DNA of 64,000 bases from a bacterium (lineage in GTDB: Bacteria; SAR324; XYD2-FULL-50-16): positions 18,211-82,210 of the forward strand of contig JAVVEA010000011.1 of NCBI GenBank assembly GCA_032250835.1, written 5' to 3'. The translations under genes and the position numbers were made by a program. Shown here in pieces: positions 44,264 to 52,627 of this stretch (position 1 is the first letter of the stretch; each line of letters begins with the position of its first letter). The notes beneath the pieces were generated by a model. It had not been told where the DNA came from. It was given only the letters and a program-made list of their open reading frames with translations, and did no database searches.

Positions 44264-44836
44264 ATGCCCATGGAAACGAAATTTTTTCAAGATTACCAAG
44301 CCCTACTGTCTAAAGTCATGAGTGAAGCCTCCTGGGAAGTTGTTGGCCATTTGGCGCAGCGGCTACGGGGCAACTGGCAGACGGGTAATCAGGTCTTCAT
44401 CTGCGGCAACGGCGGCTCTGCGGCCAACGCCATCCACTTGGCCAACGACCTAATCTACGGCATCAACAAAAAGACGGGCATCGGCCTGCGGGTCAACGCG
44501 CTTCCAGCGAACCAAGCGGTCAACCTTTGTCTAGCCAACGATGAAGGCTTTGAGAAAATCTTCAGCCAGCAATTGGCCGTATTGGGCAACGCCGGAGACA
44601 CGCTGATCGTTTTTTCGGGCTCCGGTAACAGCCCGAACATCGTCAAGGCGCTTGAGCAAGCCAAATCTATGGGAATCGAGACCTATGCGATTTTGGGTTT
44701 TTCTGGCGGCAAGTCGAAAGAAATGGCCGATCATGCGCTACATTTTCCGATCGACAACATGCAAATCGCCGAAGACCTCCAACAAATCGTCGGCCACATG
44801 GTGATGCGCTGGTTGGCTCAAAACCCTGTGAACTGA
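44264..44836 (+). CDS. gmhA: SIS-domain phosphosugar isomerase, GmhA-like
   Basis: ICGNGGSAANA.H, NDEGFE.IFSQQL, SGSGNSPNIV. Confidence 0.75.
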   Translation: MPMETKFFQDYQALLSKVMSEASWEVVGHLAQRLRGNWQTGNQVFICGNGGSAANAIHLANDLIYGINKKTGIGLRVNALPANQAVNLCLANDEGFEKIFSQQLAVLGNAGDTLIVFSGSGNSPNIVKALEQAKSMGIETYAILGFSGGKSKEMADHALHFPIDNMQIAEDLQQIVGHMVMRWLAQNPVN

Positions 44837-44840
44837 GCCT

Positions 44841-46316
44841 TTGCGCATGTGTGTAACCGATAAGATCAAAACCGTCGCCGAAATCGGCCAACTCCTAAGC
44901 GAACGCAGCGGGAAAAAGGTCGTCCTTTGCCACGGGGAATTTGACCTACTGCACTTCGGCCACACCCGCTACTTTAAAGCCGCCCGTAAGTTCGGTGACC
45001 TTTTGGTGGTGACCTTAACCCCCGACCGGTTCATCGCCAAAGGCCCCGGTCGCCCGGTTTTCAACGAAAACCAACGGGCCGAGGCCATCGCCAACTTGGC
45101 CTTTGTGGATTATGTAGCCATCAACGAATGGCCTACGGCTATCGAAACGCTACAGACGATCAAGCCGGACATCTACGTCAAAGGTAGCGAGTATTTAGGC
45201 AAGGTGGACGTGACGGGCCGGTTGCAGGCAGAAAAGGACCTGATTGAGTCCTTGGGCGGCAAAATGGAGTTCACCCACGAGATCATCTTTTCTTCCTCAA
45301 AACTGCTCAACAACAACTTCGACGTCTTCACCAAAGCGTCCAAGCCCTTCTTGTCTGAGTTGGCCGCAAAAACCAAGGACACAGAAATCTTGGCGGCCCT
45401 TGCTGATTTAGCTTCGAAGCGGGTCTTGGTACTTGGGGATTTGGGTTTAGAAGAGATCAATTTGATCCGCGACATAGAACGTGCGAAGCTGTCGGAGCGT
45501 TTTGTGCAGCCCCAAGGGGCCTTACTGGGATTAAACTTCCTGGCCCATTTTTGTGAGCGTCTGGACTTTCTTTCCGTTGGCTCCGTAGACCAGCAGTTGG
45601 TCCAACCCTTTATGCCCACCAGCGTCTTTGCGGACCTGATCGCTGACGAGCGCCTAAGCTACCCCAGCAGCCGCCGCTTCATTGACGCCGACACGGGCTT
45701 TCGCCGTTTGAGCCTGCTCGACCAGAAGCATGCGCCACTCAAGATTGAGCAGGAAGCCAAAGTTTTAGAGCGGCTAGAGCGCAACCTGTCTGATTATGAT
45801 CTGGTGATGGTCTTTGAGATGGGTCGAGGCTTTTTGAGCCAAAGCATTAAAGAACACTTGTCGGCCAAGGCTCCTTTTTTAGCCCTGCACCTCAACGTGG
45901 AAGACCCCGCCCATTTGCGTGAATGCCTCAACGGCTATGGAAAGCTCGACCTTATGGTCGCACCCCAAGACCAAATAGGCGAAGCTTTAGAGCAACAGCT
46001 CTTAAGCGAACCTCTCTGGCGCAACAATGCTGACCTTTTGATCACTGAGGCCAACGGGGCTTTGCACCGCCAATGTGCCACCGGCCTTTGCGAGCTGCCG
46101 CCTTTTGTGGCCCAACCCGCTTCTTTGCTCCCCATCGATTGGTCGAGCACGGTTTTTGCACTAATTGCCCCTTTGGTCCAAGCCCAAGCGCCCCAAGATT
46201 GGCAACTACTGATAGGCGGAGCCGCAGCGGCCATGACCCGCCAAGCGGCTAAGGCCCCCTTTAAGTTAGAGAAGATGTTATTTGAAAAATTCGTGATTGC
46301 CCTGCTCAACCGTTAA
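44841..46316 (+). CDS. Nucleotidyltransferase (HxGH) fused to a degenerate PfkB domain, HldE-like with reversed domain order
   Basis: HGEFDLLHFGH, KGPGRPVF, PDIYVKG. The C-terminal ribokinase-like part lacks the GGA and GAGD motifs. Confidence 0.78.
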   Translation: MRMCVTDKIKTVAEIGQLLSERSGKKVVLCHGEFDLLHFGHTRYFKAARKFGDLLVVTLTPDRFIAKGPGRPVFNENQRAEAIANLAFVDYVAINEWPTAIETLQTIKPDIYVKGSEYLGKVDVTGRLQAEKDLIESLGGKMEFTHEIIFSSSKLLNNNFDVFTKASKPFLSELAAKTKDTEILAALADLASKRVLVLGDLGLEEINLIRDIERAKLSERFVQPQGALLGLNFLAHFCERLDFLSVGSVDQQLVQPFMPTSVFADLIADERLSYPSSRRFIDADTGFRRLSLLDQKHAPLKIEQEAKVLERLERNLSDYDLVMVFEMGRGFLSQSIKEHLSAKAPFLALHLNVEDPAHLRECLNGYGKLDLMVAPQDQIGEALEQQLLSEPLWRNNADLLITEANGALHRQCATGLCELPPFVAQPASLLPIDWSSTVFALIAPLVQAQAPQDWQLLIGGAAAAMTRQAAKAPFKLEKMLFEKFVIALLNR

Positions 46317-46317
46317 G

Positions 46318-47877
46318 ATGCAAACAGCCCAAAAAAAGATACTCAACGCCGAGCAGGCGCGCGCCAAATTAGCTGAAATGGCCCTGCAACCGGGGAACAC
46401 GGGCTTGACCTTCGGTCACTTCAACGTAGTCCACCCAGGGCACTTGCGCTTTTTGCACCACGCCCGCGAAAACTGCGACCGCTTGGTGGTGGCGATCATG
46501 AGTCAAGAACAACTAGAAGAAGGCCAGAAGGGCCGCTTCTTCTCGGCTGGAGAACGGGCCTTAGGCGTGGCGGCTCTGCAAGCCGTTGACCAAGTGGTGG
46601 TGCTCGAAGGCATCACTCTAGTGGAGGTGATCGATGCGCTCAAACCAAATTCTTTTGTTTTGGGTAAAGAATTCGAGGAAGAACGCCGCGAAGAGACGGA
46701 GGCTTATTTAGAAGCCGTCGAGCGCAACGGCGGCAAGATCAGCTATTCTTCAGGTGATGTCTCTTATTCGAGCAGCGACATGCTGTTCCAACAACCCGAA
46801 GACATCCACCACGAAAAGATCCGGGAATTCAAAGAAGTTTGCCGCAGAGCCGGGATCGACCTAAGCCGCCTAGGCGAGCTGATCGACCGCTTCACCGACC
46901 AGCGTTTGTTGGTTTTAGGCGACACCATTGTGGATCAGTACATTGCCTGTGACGCTTTGGGCATGAGCCAGGAAGCGCCGGTGTTGGTGGTGCGTGAATT
47001 AGACGCCAAAGAATTTGTCGGTGGCGCGGGCATTGTGGCCTGCCATGTCCAAACCCTTGGGGCCAATTGCCATTACCTTTCGGTGATCGGCCAAGACGAA
47101 AAGGGCCGCTTGATCCAGCGTTTTATGGACGATTTTAAGGTCGGCTGCACCCTATTAGAAGACTCCAGCCGTCCGACGACCTTTAAGATCCGCTACATGG
47201 TCGAAAACCAGAAATTGTTGCGCGTTTCTAGGTTGTTGGAACACAGCATTTCTAAAAAGTTAGAAAAACAGGTCTTAGAAAAAATCGCATCCATGGCACC
47301 GGAGCTAGACGGAATTGTGGTTAGTGATTTTGTTTACGGGGTGATCACCGACAGCCTGCTCGAAGGGTTGGGTAAAATCGCCCAGGAACATGGAATTAAG
47401 CTCTTTGGTGACTTGCAATGCAGTTCCCAAGTAGGCAATGTGGCAAAATTCCAGAACTACCACTTGATCACGCCCACTGAACGCGAAGCGCGCATCGCTT
47501 TATCGGACCAAGAGAGCGGCTTAGAAAAGCTCGCGCGGCGTATGTTGGCGGCGACCCACAGCAGCAACCTTTTGATTACTTTGGGGGCGGCGGGCTTCAT
47601 TGCCTATCAGGGGCTCAGCGGTGAGCCGGGCAAATACGCCAGCCAGCATTTCCCCGCCTTAAACCAAACGGCCCTTGATGTAGCTGGTGCAGGGGACACC
47701 TTGCTCGCTACCATGGCGATCAGCCAATGCGCCGGGGCCAATTTACTTGAATCAGCGGCCCTTGGAGCCTGCACTGCGGCGATCGCCGTAGGCAGGGTGG
47801 GCAATATTCCGATCACGGCGGTAGAGCTGAAGGCCTACTTAGGCAATCTGCTCAAGCAGATGCAAGCCGAACCTTAA
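46318..47877 (+). CDS. Nucleotidyltransferase-PfkB kinase fusion, HldE-like with reversed domain order
   Basis: FNVVHPGH; VLGDTIVDQY, SQEAPV, GGAGIVA, ITPTEREAR, DVAGAGD (intact). Likely ATG at 46318. Confidence 0.83.
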   Translation: MQTAQKKILNAEQARAKLAEMALQPGNTGLTFGHFNVVHPGHLRFLHHARENCDRLVVAIMSQEQLEEGQKGRFFSAGERALGVAALQAVDQVVVLEGITLVEVIDALKPNSFVLGKEFEEERREETEAYLEAVERNGGKISYSSGDVSYSSSDMLFQQPEDIHHEKIREFKEVCRRAGIDLSRLGELIDRFTDQRLLVLGDTIVDQYIACDALGMSQEAPVLVVRELDAKEFVGGAGIVACHVQTLGANCHYLSVIGQDEKGRLIQRFMDDFKVGCTLLEDSSRPTTFKIRYMVENQKLLRVSRLLEHSISKKLEKQVLEKIASMAPELDGIVVSDFVYGVITDSLLEGLGKIAQEHGIKLFGDLQCSSQVGNVAKFQNYHLITPTEREARIALSDQESGLEKLARRMLAATHSSNLLITLGAAGFIAYQGLSGEPGKYASQHFPALNQTALDVAGAGDTLLATMAISQCAGANLLESAALGACTAAIAVGRVGNIPITAVELKAYLGNLLKQMQAEP

Positions 47878-47898
47878 AAAAAAGCTTAGGAGCTTAGG

Positions 47899-48981
47899 AT
47901 GTCCGATAAATACCGCATTGACTCGCACAAGTTGATTTTCCATGTCCCCCGGGTGAATGCCTGGCTAGAGGGCGAGAACGTTTACCCGATCTATATGGAA
48001 GTCTCCCCTGCGGGTGGTTGCAACCACCGCTGTACCTATTGCGCACTGGACTTTATGGGCTACCAGAAGCGCTTTTTGGACACCGGCATCTTAAAGACCC
48101 GCCTGACCGAGATGGGCCAACTGGGGCTCAAGTCAATCATGTTCGCTGGCGAAGGCGAGCCTTTCTTACACCCGGATATGGTGGAGTTGACTGAGCACAC
48201 TAAGGCCGCCGGTATTGACCCCTCCTTTACCACCAACGCCTCTAAGATCGTCAAGGAAGTGGCGGACCGGATCGTGCCGGTAACCAGTTGGATCAAGGTG
48301 AGCATCAACGGGGCGACTGCCGAGACTTACGCCAAGATCCACCAGAGCACGCCTAAAGACTTCGACCGCACCATCGAAAATATGGCTTACGCCGCCGAGT
48401 TGCGCAAAAAAGATGGCCACAAATGTGTCTTAGGGATGCAGTTGTTGCTGCTGCCGGAGAACCAGCACGAAGCAGTGGCACTGGCCAAGTTGGCCAAAGA
48501 AATTGGGATGGATTATCTGGTGATTAAGCCCTACAGCCAGCACCCGCTCTCCAACACGCACCTCTACGAAAACGTTACCTACGAAGGAATTGACCAACTG
48601 GCCGAAGACTTAGACGCCGTCAGCGGCGATGGCTTCAGCGTGATCTTTAGGCGCGAAACCATGAAGACCTGGGACGCCAAGGCACACGAATACGAGCGTT
48701 GCTTGGCGCTGCCCTTCTGGTCTTATATGGACGCAGGCGGAAACATTTGGGGCTGCTCTATGTATATGGAAAACGAAGAGCTGAAAGATAAGTTCCTCTA
48801 CGGCAACATCAACGAAAAAAGTTTCAAGGAAATCTGGGAAGGCGACCAGCGTAAGCAAGCCTTGTCTTGGGTGGAAAATGACTTGAACGTCAGCCAATGC
48901 CGCGTTAACTGCCGCATGGACAAGATCAACAAGTATCTCTGGGAACTGCGCCACCCCCAAGAGCACGTCAACTTCATCTAA
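47899..48981 (+). CDS. Radical SAM enzyme with a Twitch/SPASM-type auxiliary cluster motif (paralog 1)
   Basis: CNHRCTYC, GEGEP, C-x17-C...GNI...CRVNC. Confidence 0.9.
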   Translation: MSDKYRIDSHKLIFHVPRVNAWLEGENVYPIYMEVSPAGGCNHRCTYCALDFMGYQKRFLDTGILKTRLTEMGQLGLKSIMFAGEGEPFLHPDMVELTEHTKAAGIDPSFTTNASKIVKEVADRIVPVTSWIKVSINGATAETYAKIHQSTPKDFDRTIENMAYAAELRKKDGHKCVLGMQLLLLPENQHEAVALAKLAKEIGMDYLVIKPYSQHPLSNTHLYENVTYEGIDQLAEDLDAVSGDGFSVIFRRETMKTWDAKAHEYERCLALPFWSYMDAGGNIWGCSMYMENEELKDKFLYGNINEKSFKEIWEGDQRKQALSWVENDLNVSQCRVNCRMDKINKYLWELRHPQEHVNFI

Positions 48982-48983
48982 AC

Positions 48984-50123
48984 ATGATGGTCCCGCCCCG
49001 TTTAGACCGCAATCGGCTCAAGATCAAACCCTTGAGCGAGCGCCAAAGTAAGGCCGACGCCTCGGTGCTCCGGCACCCCGGCGACTTGGCCCCGGTGATC
49101 GAAGCGGCCCAACAACAACGGCTGGCTGGTTTGGCTGGGCGCATTATCCAAGCCCGCCAAAAGGGGGCTCCGGTGCTGTTGACCTACGGGGCGCATCTCT
49201 TCCGCAACGGCATGAGCCCGCTGATCATCGACCTGATGGAGCGGGGCTTTATCCAGCAGTTGACCACCAACGGTGCCGGCGGCATCCACGATTGGGAACT
49301 AGCCTTTCATGGCCGCACTACCGAGGATGTACAGCAATATTTATCTCAAGGGCAATTTGGTATCTGGGAAGAAACGGGCCGCTACCAAAACCTAGCCTTG
49401 CTGCTAGGAGCCGCTCAGGGTTTAGGTTACGGAGCCAGCTTAGGCAAGATGATGGCCGAAGAGCGGTTGGAGTTGCCGGACCCGAAGCAGCTTAAAAAGC
49501 AACTGGCCCAAGCGCTTAGCCAAGATGAGGACTTACCGCCGCAGCTGGCCGCCCAGGCGGCATTGTTGCAGGTAATGAGCGAGCAGAACCTAACCGCCGG
49601 GGTGATCGACCTGCCCCATCCGGGCCGGGAATCGAGCCTGCTGTATCAGGCCTACCGTCTGGGTATCCCCTTGAGTATTTGTCCAGGGATTGGCTACGAC
49701 ATCATCTACAGCCACCCCTACAACAACGGAGCAGCCTTAGGTCAAGCCGCCTTAGACGACTTCTTGGCCTTTGCCCACTCGGTGAGACAGATGCAAGGCG
49801 GGGTCTATCTTTCGGTGGGTTCAGCCGTTATGAGCCCGATGATCTTAGAAAAGGCGCTCTCTATGGCCCGTAACTTGGCCTTGCAAGACCAAACGCCTTT
49901 AGAGAACTACCAGATTTGTGTGGTCGATATGCAACCGGGCACCTGGGACTGGGCCACCAAAGGGGACCCGCCTAAAGACAACCCGGCCTATTATTTACGT
50001 TTCTGCAAGTCCTTTAGCCGCATGGGCGGGGATTTTGCCTATTACGAAATGGACAACCGCGCCTTCTTCCACAACCTCTACCAAGAGATTATGGTGGCCG
50101 ATGCGGCCCAGGCGCTTGACTAA
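48984..50123 (+). CDS. Uncharacterised deoxyhypusine-synthase-like (DHS-fold) protein
   Basis: YGAHLFRNG, TTNGAGGIHDWE, GIGYDI, SVGSAVMSPMILEKALSMARN, recognised by eye as a DHS-like Rossmann family. Confidence 0.5.
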   Translation: MMVPPRLDRNRLKIKPLSERQSKADASVLRHPGDLAPVIEAAQQQRLAGLAGRIIQARQKGAPVLLTYGAHLFRNGMSPLIIDLMERGFIQQLTTNGAGGIHDWELAFHGRTTEDVQQYLSQGQFGIWEETGRYQNLALLLGAAQGLGYGASLGKMMAEERLELPDPKQLKKQLAQALSQDEDLPPQLAAQAALLQVMSEQNLTAGVIDLPHPGRESSLLYQAYRLGIPLSICPGIGYDIIYSHPYNNGAALGQAALDDFLAFAHSVRQMQGGVYLSVGSAVMSPMILEKALSMARNLALQDQTPLENYQICVVDMQPGTWDWATKGDPPKDNPAYYLRFCKSFSRMGGDFAYYEMDNRAFFHNLYQEIMVADAAQALD

Positions 50124-50175
50124 AGGGGCGTTAAAACCCTAGTTTATTTGATTCAAAACAACCTTTGAGCCAACT

Positions 50176-51039
50176 ATGAACGAACCGAACAAAGGCCTCA
50201 CCCTAGAGGAGATGAAGGCCAAAGCCGACTTTATCCGCAAGGATCTAGTCGAGGTCTGCGTGCGCAACCAAGCAGGCCACATCGCGCCTTCGCTCTCGGC
50301 GGTGGACTATTTGACGGTCCTTTACTACCGGGTTTTGCGCCACAATGGGGACCCCTTATGGTCCGAGCGCGACCGGGTGGTATTCTCCAAGGCCCACGGG
50401 GCCTATGGCCTTTATGCGATCTTAAGCGATCTGGGCTATGTCTCCCGCGAAGAATGGGAAAAATTTTACACCTTTAAAGACGGCAAAAAACTGAGCCGTT
50501 TAGCGGGCTGTTGCGAGATGGACCTTGAGATTGGCTTAGAAGCGGGCTGCGGCTCCTTGGGTCACGGCCTGCCGATGGCGGTCGGGATGGCCTTCGGCTA
50601 CAAAGCCCAAAAGAAGACCGGCCGTATCTATGCAGTGGTCGGCGACGGCGAGATGCAAGAGGGCAGCAACTGGGAAGCCTTGCAATTTGCTGCAAAAATG
50701 GGCCTAGACAACCTAACAGTGATCATCGACAACAACGGCTTACAGGCCATGGACCACCTCTCCAACGTTTTGACCGTAGGCGACGTGACCGAAGACCTGC
50801 ACCGTAAGTTCGAGGCCTTCGGCTGCTTGACCGAGCGTTGTGATGGCCACGACATCGCCGCTTTAACTGAGCAACTAGAACGCTACGCCAAAGGGGGCAT
50901 TGGCCGCCCACAGGTGATGCTGGCTAAGTGCATCAAAGGATATGGTTTAAAGGCCATCGAGAACGTCGCTAAGTTTCACTTCCGCATCCCCACGCCGGAA
51001 GAAATCGCATTCGGTACGCGCTATGATCAAGGGCAATAA
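50176..51039 (+). CDS. Transketolase-like ThDP enzyme, N-terminal (PP) subunit
   Basis: GHIAPSLS, RDRVVFSKAH, GSLGHGLP, GDGEMQEGSNWEA...DNN (ThDP motif). Confidence 0.9.
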   Translation: MNEPNKGLTLEEMKAKADFIRKDLVEVCVRNQAGHIAPSLSAVDYLTVLYYRVLRHNGDPLWSERDRVVFSKAHGAYGLYAILSDLGYVSREEWEKFYTFKDGKKLSRLAGCCEMDLEIGLEAGCGSLGHGLPMAVGMAFGYKAQKKTGRIYAVVGDGEMQEGSNWEALQFAAKMGLDNLTVIIDNNGLQAMDHLSNVLTVGDVTEDLHRKFEAFGCLTERCDGHDIAALTEQLERYAKGGIGRPQVMLAKCIKGYGLKAIENVAKFHFRIPTPEEIAFGTRYDQGQ

Positions 51040-51526
51040 ATTCCGCAAAGACATCGGCCCGCCGCTTTTAGAAGCGGCGCGCCAAGACGAGAAGATTGTC
51101 CTGTTGGTTTGCGACATGGGCTTTGGGGTGGTTGAAGACTTTGCCACCCAATTCCCAGACCGCTGTTTCAACATGGGCATGGCCGAGCAAGGCGCGGTAA
51201 GCATCGCCGCGGGGATGGCCATGACGGGCATGAAGCCGATCGTCTATTCGATCGTCAACTTCTTGGCTTACCGTTCCATCGAGCAAATCCGCAACGATGT
51301 GGTGCTACAGCATCAGAACGTCAAGTTCATCGCTACGGGCGTGAACGACTACTTTGACACCTTGGGCCACAGCCACACCTGCGGCGAGCAGGACAAAGAA
51401 ATCATGAAAATGATCGGCATGCCCGTCTACGATCCTTACGAAAAGGACGAATACCAACTAAAGGACTTCCTAGACATGACCCAGCGCTGGATCACTTCCA
51501 AGGAACCCGGCTATCTACGACTCTAA
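51023..51526 (+). CDS. Transketolase-like pyrimidine-binding subunit (no C-terminal third domain)
   Basis: DMGFG, FNMGMAEQ, SIEQIRND, GHSH; ends at PGYLRL, the normal end of the Pyr domain. Confidence 0.85.
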   Translation: MIKGNKFRKDIGPPLLEAARQDEKIVLLVCDMGFGVVEDFATQFPDRCFNMGMAEQGAVSIAAGMAMTGMKPIVYSIVNFLAYRSIEQIRNDVVLQHQNVKFIATGVNDYFDTLGHSHTCGEQDKEIMKMIGMPVYDPYEKDEYQLKDFLDMTQRWITSKEPGYLRL

Positions 51527-51535
51527 GGACCGACC

Positions 51536-52627
51536 ATGAGTGAAGGGATTAAGTTAAATTACGAAGAAATGGTCGCCGCCTATTGGGATAGCCTCAATAC
51601 GGTACTGCGCGGCTTCAATGCCCAAGGCGAATTTTTGGACCTATGGGTTCCAGATGAAGACGGCGTCAGTAGTATCCTCAACCTGCTTGAAGCGGTTCAA
51701 GAGAAGGGACACGACCAATTGGAGTTGGTGGTTTCTCAAGAAACCGTAGACTCCATGGACCTAGCCCTCTTGCAAGAAGAACTGGTTAGTTTGGGTGATG
51801 TGAGCATCACCGAACAAGCGGGGGGGATTGTTTTACAGGTCAGCGGCTTGGCTGAAGGCGCAGCCTTCCATAACGTACACCCCGTCTATGTCAGCGCGCT
51901 GCGTGCTGCGGCCAAAGGTACCAGCTATCAAGGCAACGTCGAACGCGTCGATGCCCAGGCCCAGGCCGAAGGTTTGACCCTAACGGTCAGCGTAGACCAG
52001 GGCAAACACCTGTTAATCACTCAGGCCCGCTGGCAAGGTGAGGCAGGCCCCTTGGAAGCGGCTATGTTAAATGCCACCTGCCAAGTTCTAGAGGGCATCA
52101 CCCTGGCCGATGCCAGTGACCACGGAGTTTTGCGGGTTGAAGACTTTCTCCGAGACGAAAAGTTGCGCCGCCCCACCAGCGGGATTGTGATCCCAGAGCG
52201 GGTGGAACCGGCCTTCAAGTTGCCCCTCGAATTGATGCGCGGCCTCTTGGCGGACTACCAAAAGAAAGACCCCAAAGCGGGGCAGGTCAACTTCTTTGTC
52301 CCCGCCTTCAGCCAACACTGGGAGGGACTCAGCGACCAGGAACGGATCGGTGAGGTGGCCCGCGCCGCCGAGGGTTTTTTACGGGAGCTGAAATTGGCAC
52401 CCGACAGCCTGAGCATCGAGCGGATCGACTCGGCCGGACGGGTGACCGTGGCCCTCAAAGAAGAATTAGACGTCCACTTTAAGGGTGAGTTGCTCTTAAA
52501 GTTAGAGCGTTTCCTAGACAAAGGCATGGAGCCCAACCTGCACCTTTACATGCAGGAACTAGAAGATCGCAACTCCAAACGGCGACAGATCTTGCACAAA
52601 GACGACCTGGAGAAGGAGACCACATGA
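51536..52627 (+). CDS. Hypothetical protein with degenerate IscU/NifU-like domains
   Basis: ITQARWQG..VLEGITLADA..LMRGLLADY follows the IscU pattern. There is only one Cys in 363 aa. Confidence 0.55.
   Translation: MSEGIKLNYEEMVAAYWDSLNTVLRGFNAQGEFLDLWVPDEDGVSSILNLLEAVQEKGHDQLELVVSQETVDSMDLALLQEELVSLGDVSITEQAGGIVLQVSGLAEGAAFHNVHPVYVSALRAAAKGTSYQGNVERVDAQAQAEGLTLTVSVDQGKHLLITQARWQGEAGPLEAAMLNATCQVLEGITLADASDHGVLRVEDFLRDEKLRRPTSGIVIPERVEPAFKLPLELMRGLLADYQKKDPKAGQVNFFVPAFSQHWEGLSDQERIGEVARAAEGFLRELKLAPDSLSIERIDSAGRVTVALKEELDVHFKGELLLKLERFLDKGMEPNLHLYMQELEDRNSKRRQILHKDDLEKETT

Noticed and set aside
51023-51526. Transketolase C-subunit as a frameshifted pseudogene
   Set aside because: It stops at a domain boundary, the next gene begins 9 bp later, and I saw no remnant of the third domain.
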